A stretch of DNA of 64,000 nt from Takakia lepidozioides (Eukaryota > Plantae > Bryophyta), in contig CM060732.1 in NCBI GenBank assembly GCA_030704615.1, positions 70,432,001 to 70,496,000 of the forward strand. The letters run 5' to 3'. Numbering within the stretch: position 1 is the stretch's first letter; each line of letters begins with the position of its first letter. The translations under genes were made by a program, and so were the position numbers. This document shows positions 22,494 to 34,100 of this stretch, piece after piece. The notes below the pieces were generated by a model. The model searched no databases. It had not been told where the DNA came from and saw nothing but the letters and a program-made list of their open reading frames with translations.

Positions 22494-22890
22494 TAATGTC
22501 ATCTTCAGAACGGATTACTACTTACAACTATCATCCAATGTTGTGAAATACTCAACAGTTTTCATCCATGCATGTCAGTAGGAGACGTAAGGCAGACAAG
22601 TGGGTCCGTGACAGTAATACACGCCTTGCAGCTTTATCGTATAGAAATTCTCCACGTGTAAGATGCACGTCGCCTCCTGATTGGGTGGGACCTTGGGGAA
22701 ATTAGTTTTAACTGAAATCTTAGTGGAAAAAGAGACAAGCTGCCCGAAGTAGGCGCGACTGCTTATTTCCGGTCAGTATAGGCGTGGAATTGCACATGAA
22801 ACCGGGTAATATCGGCGTTCTACCGGCGTGGCCGGTGTGTAATCGGGCAGATGGAAAACTGGAGCCTCCATACAGTTTTCACCCTGCCCT

Positions 22891-22898
22891 AAACCCTA
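22891..22898 (+). promoter_or_regulatory. Telo-box (AAACCCTA) upstream of the Alba gene
   Basis: Exact AAACCCTA plus a near-copy at ~22908, about 340 bp upstream of the ATG. Confidence 0.5.
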
Positions 22899-23236
22899 CT
22901 GCGCTCTAAACCCTGCCTGCACCGTTGCAACGAGTTGCAAGCAATTGAAGATCTGTGTTACGTTCTTGATCTGATCTGATCTCTGCGCTTCATCTGTTGT
23001 TGCTGAGGGAGAAGGCGAAGAAGGAGGGGCTTGGAGGGGCTTAGGAAGAAGGTGAAAGACAGGGACAAGTGAGAATCCGGAAAGGTGGAGGAGAGCCTGG
23101 TTTTGTATCTTTACTGAAGTGCGGTAAGACAGCGGGCAATAGACCGTTCGACGGATACGGAGAGGTGGGCAGAGAGATTCGATCTTGCAGCGTATGCTGA
23201 TTGAGGCGATCCATCGGGAGAAGAAAGCAAGACAGG

Positions 23237-26200
23237 ATGGAGGAGATAACAGAGGGGGTGACAAATCTGGGAGTGTATGATACACACAAGAAGAATCGTA
23301 TTCAAGTTTCTAATACCAAGAAACCGTTATTTTTTTATGTTAATCTTGCTAAGGTATCTTCTATCTCTGTCTCTATCTGCGTGCGTGTATCTGTCTCTAT
23401 TCTCTTCGTCATTTGGTCGCTGTTACAGGGTACGTCCTCTCTCAAGTTGGTTGAACATGTAATCAGGGTTTGGAATGATCTCGAACAGTACGAGAATCAC
23501 TCCTTACGATTTCGGTGTATATGTGATATCCATATCCATAGTCCTGACCTGTGCACGAAGAAGATATTCATTTGTCGTTTTTTCACTCCGGTTGGATGAA
23601 CCGAGAACTGTGAGGTTTTGGTGGGAATTTCGGATATTCTATCCCATCACATGCCTGTTTCGTTTTATCCAATGGAACCAGAGTGGCAACATGTAATTCA
23701 CAGATGTTCTGAAAGAACCGTTTTCTCATGCATCGATCTGATTGAGCTTTCTAGAGTAGAAAGCTTTAGGAAACTCTAGAGGCACATGTTAGTGTTGCAC
23801 CTGAGTTGATCATTTATGGCATTTTAGTCACTGCAAATTTAAAGTGAAGGATTGTGAGTCAGGCAATCTCGCATCACAATAGGCTTGGTAAAGGAGGAAG
23901 CGATTGAATTTTATCCGGTAGGGGTTCGGTTGCGCCTTGCGTTTCCTGTAGATCAGTGTCCTAGGCCATGCTTGCATCTAGAGTTCCTTCTCAAGTTCTT
24001 TCAAACGATCAGTGAAGCCTAAAATATGCTTTTGAGTTCAGTCTCATTCTTACATGCAAGTGTAGAAATCCATCCAATACACGGGCTTTTAGGTGCTTGA
24101 CTTGAGATTCCAAATTGGGTCTAGCAAACAGCATCATGTTCAGCTCTCTACATTTATGTACCAGGACTTGACTTTATTCCAGCTGACAGGAATGGTGCTT
24201 ACAAATGTCTCAAATGACTTTTTTCAATTGCATGTCAGTTCGGAGATTTCCAATTTTGAATGCTTAAAATTTACTGATGATGCCAAACAATAGATGCAAT
24301 AGACTCTGGAAATCCAACCACATCCATGGGAATGCATCAGTCCGGTATTCTCATATCAAATTGGGAAGGAGTTGCTGAAAATTGTGATGTATGGGTTCTT
24401 GGCGTGCAGAGATATATGCAGCAGCACGAGGAAGTTGAGTTGTCAGCATTGGGCATGGGTGTGTGGTGACATCCTGTTACCCCCTTTAGGTTACTGTCAA
24501 ATTGCACATGTCAGTGGGGTTGGGAAAGGGGGTTTTGAACAAGAGAATGGAAGGGGAACTAGTTTGAGGTCTGGATGGCTTGTTTTTGAAGATCATCTTG
24601 TCTGTGTTGTAACTGCTTCAGCATAGGACCTTAACAATGCAGCGGCTGATTCGTTGAACTCATGAATATTGTCAAGACCAGAGATCAGTAGTTGCAATGA
24701 GGGTGTGTGATAACTTTCCATATGTCCCTCGAATTTTGAACTTTGTGGATTGAAGAACGCGATTACACGTTGTATTTACACCAATCCTCTAGTGGCTTTT
24801 CTAAAGGCTGGCTGTGTTGTATCTTGTGTAGCTATTGCAACTGTGGTCACAGTTGCTGAAATTCTGAAGAATAATGGATTGGCTGTTGAAAGGAGTACGT
24901 CATCCCCCTCCCCTGTATTGTTATGAACTGCAAAGCTTGAAGCATGATTCTTCCACTTTTTACAGAATAAGTGTGTGGAGCAATGCTGCGTGGAGTATGA
25001 GTATGTGGATTTCAATTGGCTCTTGATTGATTGCAGGGATCTTAACATCAACAGTGGATATGAGAGATGAGGCCAGAGGTCGACCCATTCAGAAAGCTAA
25101 GGTATTTCACAGAAATCATAAGACTACCAAAGTCTCCACCTCTTAGGATGTCTTCTCGTTGCTATGTAACGACTCATTACCTGAGGACTAATTTTGTCTT
25201 TGCAGTTTATCTGTTTGAGTGATTTCTCTCTCTCTCTCTCTCCTTGTCTCCTTGTCAATGGCCACAAGGCTACGGCAAACAACGTCTTATGAGTACATTC
25301 TCTCCCTGTCTCACTCTAAGCTTTTCTTCCGTGTTTGTTTTTACCAAAATTTGACTAAGGTGCACTGGGTTACCCTCTCTCTCTCTATCTTATTAATCAG
25401 CTCCTTGCTGGGCAGCTCACACACAGCGGGGGGTGATGCTTATGTGAAGGGCTTTGTAGAGGATATCTGGAAAACCTGAACTAGTTTTCTCTTATCATGG
25501 TAAGTCAGACTACCAGAGTGAGCCCCTTAAAATAGGTAGCGACTGTTCCCTTTCGTTCCCCCCAAACTGGGCGTGGGGTCCATGACCACAAGGCTGCGGA
25601 AACAAAGTCTTATTAGTACATTAATCAGCTCCTTGAAGATGTGGAAAGCGAGGGATTTGGGTTAAAGGTGGGTGATGCCACCATATCAGCTCTTATATTT
25701 GCGCATGACTTCGCTGGCCTACGGAATACCTCATCCAATTTTCAGGAGTTAATTGATTGTGCGAATAGATTTTGACCTGTGGAGGCTAGAAGCACGGTGG
25801 TTGCCTTCAGTGATCGTGGAGGGGGAGGGGATCTGAAATGGACATGGGGTAGCAGTGATTTTTTTCCTGGCGAAAATCGCCAGACTTCAACCTGGAAAAT
25901 GGGTCAGCTACTTGTACAAAGGAATTATAGGGGGTAAAAATCAAAAAATTCGCCAGAAAGCGCCAGTAGTTATATCAGGAGCCTGGTTTTGCCTACATGG
26001 ACCTGTTAAAACGTGTCATCTGTCATACAGCCATTCTCTAACCCTGCGATCTCGTTATTATCACGAGTCTCCCTGGTAAATGGCTATGTTACTGTTGTAG
26101 CTTCTCGTCGATCTTAGTTTTGAGTAAGTATTATCATGCAACTTCTGCAGGTTGAGATTGTGTTGGGGAAGTCAGAGCAGTTTGACGAGTTGATGGCTGC

Positions 26201-26249
26201 TGCTGCAGAGGAGCGAGAGGTAGCCCCTGAGGTTGACGATCACACTTAG
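23237..26249 (+). CDS. ALBA: Alba DNA/RNA-binding protein (small plant Alba); exons 23237-23353, 24410-24458, 24832-24894, 25037-25101, 26151-26249
   Basis: Spliced product MEEITEGV...KKNRIQVSNTKKPLFFYVNLAK|RYMQQHEEVELSALGM|AIATVVTVAEILKNNGLAVER|RILTSTVDMRDEARGRPIQKAK|VEIVLGKSEQFDELMAAAAEER*. GT-AG junctions are in phase. Confidence 0.93.
25408..25619 (+). mobile_element. 5'-truncated non-LTR retroposon insertion with a 16-bp target-site duplication
   Basis: ATTAATCAGCTCCTTG at 25392-25407 and 25620-25635. The 3' tail motif recurs at ~25258 (+) and ~42566 (-), and the 5' part resembles ~57477-57600. Confidence 0.65.
25620..25855 (+). mobile_element. Non-LTR RT fragment (RTE/RTEX-like) in Alba intron 4
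   Basis: Translates INQLLEDVESEGFGLKVGDATISALIFAHDFAGL..FQELID, a degenerate L-FADD motif. Confidence 0.55.
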
Positions 26250-28176
26250 CCCTCTGTTTGAACAGATTCAAATTAGACATAGGCTCAATTTTTTGTCTCA
26301 ATAGTACTCACTTTCTGCTTTAGCCAACAATGTAAACGACATTCCAAACTCCCTGTTGATTACAAGTGCTGTGAGAGGTTTGCAGCCAATCGTATTTTTT
26401 GTATGTACTCCTAGCGGCTCACCTTCGCCTGAGTGTAAGTTTGTTCTTTGTATTGGAAGTTTGTATACGGGAAGAGTCAGGAGACAAAAGGTCATTTCCT
26501 AACCTCCTTACTGGAGTGGCTTCTAAGACGACCTCCCCCCAGAGACTGGATGCCAGTGAATATGCCGTTCTTTGGGTGTTGTTGCTGCATGGCCCAGTGA
26601 TGCCGGGTACCAATTGATGGTTGCCAGCATTACAGAGCCTGACTCCAGTCTTGGAGAACTCCCGCGCAAAAGAGCACCACAAGAATGGGTCTCAGGGCTT
26701 GTCGGCGATGAATCGAAAACATATGGATTGATACTCCAGGGAAATACATGCTAGACGTTCCTGTCAGGGCTTTCATGATGATTTTCATGGCTGCTCACAG
26801 ATTGCAACCTACACTTTCTGTTGCTTTATTGAACACTCTTGTTTGTTGGAGTGGCATGGCAATCTCCACAGTCGGTCTTCCCAGGAAATATGCAGCGAAA
26901 GAAACTGTCCACAATTCTCTAGCACTTGACAGTCTGCTTTCATGGATTTTGTTAATGAAACAGCTGAGAAAGTCACGTTGATCCTTTCTCTATGTGAAGC
27001 TGTGTGGAGGTGTAATGGCCAGCATTCTTCCAAGGACTTTTATCACCCGGCCGGGATACAGAGTTTTCTGGTTTGCCAGTTCTGTCATTGTTTCTCCATC
27101 TCTCTCAAGTGGCGTACACTCTTCACTTCATTCTTGCAAAGCTTTTGTCTTGAAGAAGGTGGACAAACAACACAGCTCTTACAGTCACAGCTCTACTCTC
27201 ATTGCAGATGCACATATTGTGTCAAATTCAAAATTTCTGCCCAAACCCTTGACTGGGCAGCAATGAAACGTCTGATGTATGTGGGAAACTCCCGGGCAGC
27301 CACTGAGTTTATCCTTGGGCAACCCTCGCCTTGCCCGTAAGGGGCTGCCCAAGGTGACGGGTGCGAAGCAATCAGAGTGTGTCGTGGTGGTAAAAACTGC
27401 AGTCTTCAAATTTGTGGGATTCTTGAGCGAGGAAGGCAGGGGCTTGTCTTGATCCATTTCTTGACCATTTTCTTCCTCACTGGACGTGTCTGTGGAGGTT
27501 GATGTAGCCCTGCTACATTCCCCAAGTAGTGGAAGAAAGCGTCCATTGCAATCTGTTCTGGTCTTTGTGATTACAACAGCTTGCGAATGCATAGAGCGCC
27601 TATATCTCTCTGGTCAAAATCAAGATTGCGACAATCAAAGGGGTAAGCTGTACGGGAGTGATCTTACCACCTACCATGTGAGAATCATGCCAGGAAGGTG
27701 TTTGTGGGATACATGAGAAAACGAGCTGTCATATTGCCAGAGTAAGAGAGAGAGAGATTTCCGGATGCCATCATCTTGCAGGTAAGTTGACTCAGATTAA
27801 TTTCAGGCTAAAAGTCCAGGCATGCGCAAGTTCGCGTGCATGTGGATTGAATCCAAATGCATGGAAACTTTGTAGTATGTACGTTGGCGAAGCTAATAAA
27901 AGGACAGATTAATTGCTTGAACGTTTGGAGTTTTTCTACAACTGGAGTCTCTCTGGAACTTGTGCATGTATCGAGACATGAACTCTCACATCTGGTAGTA
28001 ATTATGCAGACCATGTTTGAGATTGTGAGATTGCGTTCTGGATGATCGATCAGGAGGGGCGAAATGGTCGATTGAGCGACTGAGAGGATATACGAAAGTA
28101 TGAATAGTATTAGCATCCGCGAATGGTAGTAACTTGCTGAAGGGGGGAAAGAAACGGCCATTTGCCAATTTTAAAT

Positions 28177-31100
28177 ATGGATCAAGCATCTGGGAAGAGC
28201 TTATCACCAGTTGCGGGTGGAAAACCAGATCCTAATGAAGCCACAGAGGCTGAATTACTTCAAGCCTTCTACGCAATCCCAAGCATCGATAAGGCATGGA
28301 CTAGTGCATCACGCAAAGGTGAGCTCTGCATTACCCCGATTGAGTTGCCCTTAACTCAGAATTTAGGTTCATTTGTTGCGCGACCTCAAACTTTTCCTGA
28401 GACTCACCTCTGCTGTGGCGTTCAATTTTGACTTCCAGTTGTTCTTGCGTGAAATCGCACCCTTTTCCTTCTTTTGGCGTCACTTGTTAGCAATTATACT
28501 CTACATCTCCAATTTTTAATACTCTCGACTATGCCATATGCTATTTTGCAGGAAATGGGGGTATTGATGTTGTGGTGGCAATGAGCCAGATTAACCTTCC
28601 AGCGAATGCCAAGCGGACTTTCATGTCGACAGTCTATATTCCAGATGCAAGTGCTAACATTTCAGACTACCACTGGTCGCCCTTTCCATTCGAGCTAAGT
28701 GGGGCCTCCCTCATCGTCCCGTCTGCTTCTGGTGCAAAGCTTCTCATAGTTCGGAAAGCTGATACCAATGTGAAGGATGGATTGAATGCAGTGAAGCTCG
28801 AGATATGGGGTCCTGGGCAACTGCTGAAGGAGATATTTGTCCCAGCCTCAGTGCATGGTCCTATCTACGCAGATGGATGGTATGTGTGGGCTCGCTGCTC
28901 TATCATCATTGCAGGTTATTTGCATGTTGGTGTTCAAACGTTGTGTGTCCTGGTGGTTTCAGTCAATCAATTGAACACTCTGTCCTGGTAGAGTCAAGAT
29001 GACCGCCTTCTGCCATGTGGGTGTGTAGTGTTGCATGTTGATGTACTTGATTTAAAGACATCTTCACCACCAGATCAGAAATTTGTTTGAGGAGTCTCCA
29101 AGTTCAACTTAGATCTAAAGGCAGGAGTTCTCACAAAATGGACACCTTCAGTCCCTCTTTCCTGTCTCTCCATGTAATTGTAAAAGATCACATTGCTGCA
29201 ACTGTGCGCCCTGAATTAGAAGTCTACAGAGCATTTTCACTTAAAGCTGTCCACTGCAAGATCTTCCAAAAGCTTCCAGGCGAGGAACTTGAAAGGCACT
29301 CAACTCCCACTTTGTATAGCTTGGCGGTGTGGTCCAGGGCCTCTCAGTGGATGCTTGATAATGTTGGTGGCATATTGAACAGGTTTGAAGGTGTTTCTTG
29401 GAGCCAAGATGAGGAGTTCATTGCCTATGTGGCAGAAGAGCCAGGGTTATTGCGACCTGTATTTGGGCAGTCCTCATCGCTGTCAGCCCAAAGCAGCAAT
29501 GGGACCCTGGAAGTGGGAATGTGGAAAGGGCAAGGAGATTGGCTAGAGGACTGGGGAGAATCTTACTCTGGAAAGAGGAGACCGGTGGTCTTCGTGGTCA
29601 GTGTTGCCAGGTATTGGGAGTCTTTGCAGTGTTATTGAGGATTTTGAGGTACTAGAGTGGCACGGGTGGACAATAATGAAAAGTACATACGAAACGTCTG
29701 CTTTGCTTGCAAATGTTGTGGATTCTGGTCTGAAGCAATTCTCGCCAAAGAATTAGAACAATGCAACAGTTTTTTTTTGTCATGGTGCTGCAAGGAGGCT
29801 CTCAGGCAGCCATCTAGAGAATGCACACTGCCACAACCTTCTTGTTAGTTGACACAAGGCCCCAAGGCGGCTGATTTCTGTTAGCAAACAACTGGTGTGG
29901 AGCTTTGTCCCTATTTTGTCTGAGACAACCCAGAAAGTAATCTGTCCATGGGAGGTCTTAAAGCCTCAAAGGGACAAAAGAACGACAGGCACCAAACAAC
30001 AATCAAATCCAAATGGTGCACAAAGGAGGAGTGCCTTATGCAGGTAATGCTAAGCACTTCATCCTCAGGGAGCTTGTTATTTTGGGGTGAGCGAATCAGA
30101 AAATGAAAATTTAATGCTAGATTAGTCCTCAGTGGGATTGTGCAGGTTGTGGAAGGCATTCCCAAGGATATCAGTGCAGGGCAGGTGGTGTGGGCCCCTC
30201 ATCCCCAGCCTCCTCATTTGGAACATGAAGGAACACGGTTACTGGTGTTTGTGGGCTGGTCCTCTTTTGCCAACAATTTCAGCACCCCCAGGAAACTGGG
30301 AATGAAGTATTGCTATAACAGGCCGTGTGCTCTATATACGGTTGAAGCTCCAGTACCTGGCAGGTGACATCATTATCGTGTCCTTTTCTGCTTCAAAACC
30401 TCAATCTTGAGTTTGTTAATAGGTCCTTCACAGCGTTATGTGGAGGACCACCAGTCAATTACACACCAGAGGATATCCATGCCATGGACTGCTCAATAGT
30501 GTGCTCTGTAAATTGCAAGAGTGTACCAAATTGGAATCTCTGTCCAAAAACATGGTTCTGCTAACTAGCTGCTGTGGCACCCTTGTATATTGATAGGATG
30601 ACTGGTGTAGTGCTGGTACAAGTATCAATCCTTTTTGAAACAAATGAATGGTTCGAGCTTCTTGTCATATCCTTTCAATCACATTGAGCTAACAAATCAA
30701 ATGAACACATGTATGCAGAGAGTTCTTTGTCTGGGATGGCATGACAGGGTCAAGGCTTTGTGGCTTATTTATGGTTGTCCAGGGACACATCAAGACCATC
30801 AACAGTTGCAATGAAGTTGACCGATGACATAAGCAGTGCAATATCACCTCGCTTCAGGTTGTTTGATCTCAATACTTTCTTGGGAGTGGAGGCCAGGTAC
30901 AGCAGTTTGAGACTGCTTGTCTTGACAGCACGACATATTGCTGTTCAGCTAACCCTCGTCCTACCTGACCCAGATCTTACTATATAGTATATTGTATTCA
31001 CATGCTGCCATGATCACTATCCCAACCAGGCGCTACACTCAAAAAGAGAAAAGTATGCCCCACTAATAACTGTTCTGATGTCTTGGATTGTGCGGAGCAG

Positions 31101-34100
31101 TCAGATGGCAAAAGATTATGTGTAGATTGACTTCAACAGAGGGGAAAAGAGAATTCCAATAGACCATGTGCCCAGTTTGAATAGAGCAAAAAAAGGGGCA
31201 AGGAGAGAGCAGAATTCAGCACAAAATGCTCACTCCAATTGTGGGACTGAGGTCAATGAACAGTTGCTTTTGGTCTTCTAGATTTGTTTGGAGAGCTGTC
31301 AATGGTAGGTAGCGTCATGTTGACAGCTTCAAGCTTCCCCGGACAGTCCGTGTGCTGGTTTGGAAGAGGTTCAGCTGACTACCTGTTTGAATGCATCAGA
31401 AAATGTTGCCTATCCTTACCATTGGCATCCAGATGGGACATGTGTACGCCTTCCCAAATGAATGCTTTTCCATTACAGAAGGGAGCACATGAGCGGAGCC
31501 ATTTCACCTCATCCTGTCTCCGGTTTTGTATATGCAGTCCAGATGGCAAGCTGTTGGTGTTCTTGTCTGCCCAGGCGGCTGTCAATAGTGGTGCTCATGG
31601 TGCCACCAATTCTCTTCATGCCATCAAGTGGCCAGCAGATGGGGTCATGAGTTCTCACATGCAAATCAGAGATGTGGTATGCAGTTTCTCTTAGACATTG
31701 CTTGTCGGCGCCATGGGGTTAACGTCTTGCATGAGGTCTTGGTCTCAAATGGTTAACTCCCTTGAAGCTACAACCATCTCCACCTGCTGACTGAAGTCTT
31801 ATCTCATCTCTGGCTTTAATTCTTTCCGTGAGTCAGATGCAAGCCCGTATGATATGTGGTGGAAATGAGAAGCTTCACAAACTGGAAGTATGTGCCATTA
31901 CTTGACAGGTTCCGGTTGTGCAGCGTACTGAAGTGGGCGGCTTCCCAGGGCTCTACTGTTCAAATTTTATTACTAATCCATGGTTGCCTGACGGCTCAAC
32001 TCTGTTGCTCTCTTCATCTTGGCGGAGCCAGCAGGTTATCCTGAGTATAAATGTTGAAAGGTTAACCTCGTTTCAAGCACCAAACCTGTGTCTTCAGAGT
32101 TCATGTGATTGATCCAGCTGATTCTTTGAAAACTGTTAATCCAACTTAGGTTACCACGGGTCAGATGTAGGATTTGGAGTTTTGTTTTACCCTTTATAGT
32201 TGTCTTTTTAGAAAAGGTCATGACAGATGTGTTTTCTTCTCTTCTCTGAACTACTTAAGTGTTAATTTTAAGTGCTCATTGTTTAAGAACATGGAATGAT
32301 CAAAGCCCTGAAAGATCACATCCATGAACTAATGCCACTAGTTATAATGTATGTGCTTTGTGAAGTCTGGCTTAAAAAAGGAACAAGCTTAGGGTTTTAG
32401 AAAACGATCAAGCCTCAAGCAAAAGGCAGTGTGGTAAGGAGGTTTTTGCCCTCGGTGTTATGTCTGTACTGATAATCCCTATACATGATAGTGTTATCCA
32501 TTTCTTCAAGGTGATTATCTGTAACTGAGGCCATCAAGCAATAACTTTTGTGTGTTGCAGCGGGATTGTGACACGGGTCAGCCCCTCTGATTCACAATCA
32601 TCATGGAATCTCCTTGGATTGCAACACAATTGTGTTATTGCAGGTGTATTGGCCCCACCTCTCCATCTTCTATTTGGGGGATAGGGTGAATGTCTGCAAG
32701 GGCTGATTTATAGCGGCAAACTGTTACATTTGAAAGCCAGGAGACTGAAAACAATTAGCCTGCTCTTGGAAGTTATAACTTTCCCATCTTGGAGATTCTG
32801 GTTTAGGATCCTGACGATTCCTTTGAGTCTAGAGTTTCACAAGGCAACATAGGAGATTCAGGGTGAACCTTGCACAACTTTGACCAGGCCTCTAGTCAGC
32901 CTTAGACAAAGAAAGGGGACTATAGAAGTACCTCAAGGCCCTTCAACTTGGGGATGACTTGCGAATGAGCTGAATCTATTTAATCAAGAGAAAGCCATGA
33001 GCCAGATTTCTGGTAATGTGTTGAGGATAGGATCTATCTTTTGTTGCATTCCAGACTTAGCTAGTCTAGGGGCAGAATTTCAGGTTCACCTCCTAGTGTC
33101 ATAGGGCTGTCTAAAAACCCTCGGCATGTTACACTCCCTTCCACACTTCCACTCCATTCTCTGCATGCAAATGGATAGAACTAAAAGGGGCTTGTGCATG
33201 GCGAGGTAAAGTTAAGTTGGAGGTGCTGTTCTCTCTGGAACTGAGGCTATGGCACATTGTTGGTGGGTGATGAAGTGATTAGCTCCCCGATCAGACCTCA
33301 CAGCTTGAAGCTAGGCCATTTTGCATCACCTGGCAACCCTATCAAGTCTGGCAAGGAATGCCGCTGGTTCAACATCTCTGTTCCCTTGCTCAAATATGCC
33401 GAGAAGGTGGAGACCTTTTGTTTTCCAAACTTTCAATTATGAAAAAATGCTACTGTACAGGTCTGTCAAATTTTGTCATAAAAGTGGTGAAGCAGAAGGC
33501 ACCTAGAATGAAGTGAATCCACGTTTAATTTCCACTTCTGCGGTAATGCAAGAAGGCTGCATCAAGAATGATCTTGTGAGTCTATCTTTGAATACATGAG
33601 AGTTTTGAGCAAACGTTTGAGGTTGGATAGAAATGAGATTCGGAATAAAGTGAAGAACTGACCTAAAACATGTTGCCCCACTACTGGACTGTTCGAGTGT
33701 GTCTGGGAGCCCTTTCCTGATGATTTTGTTTGGAATGTCCTTTGAGTTCAGCCATATTGACATTCATAACCAACCAGAGTTGGCCCTCAGAGAAGAAAAA
33801 GAAGAGAAAGTAGGCCATAGAGACCAAAGTAGAAAAACCTAGTGGGAAGGACAAAGCCCAGGTTTGATTGCACGTAATTCACCTCTTGCAGGTGGAAGCA
33901 GCGATGGGGGCGTTGAGATATGAAGTCCTACAAATTCCTGTCCCTCCTCCAGAGTCACAGAGGAACCTTTCTGAAGGTATGTAAAGCCATTGTTTCTCGA
34001 CACCACTTGGGGTGACCCTTTGATGAGTTCCAACTGGATTTCCCTTCCAACTAATTGTCAGTTGATCACATACGCTTCCATTTCCCTTTTTAGTTGCAAG

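Noticed and set aside
26300-27720. Overlapping short ORFs downstream of Alba, possibly a TE remnant
   Set aside because: No recognisable motif; cannot be assigned from sequence alone.
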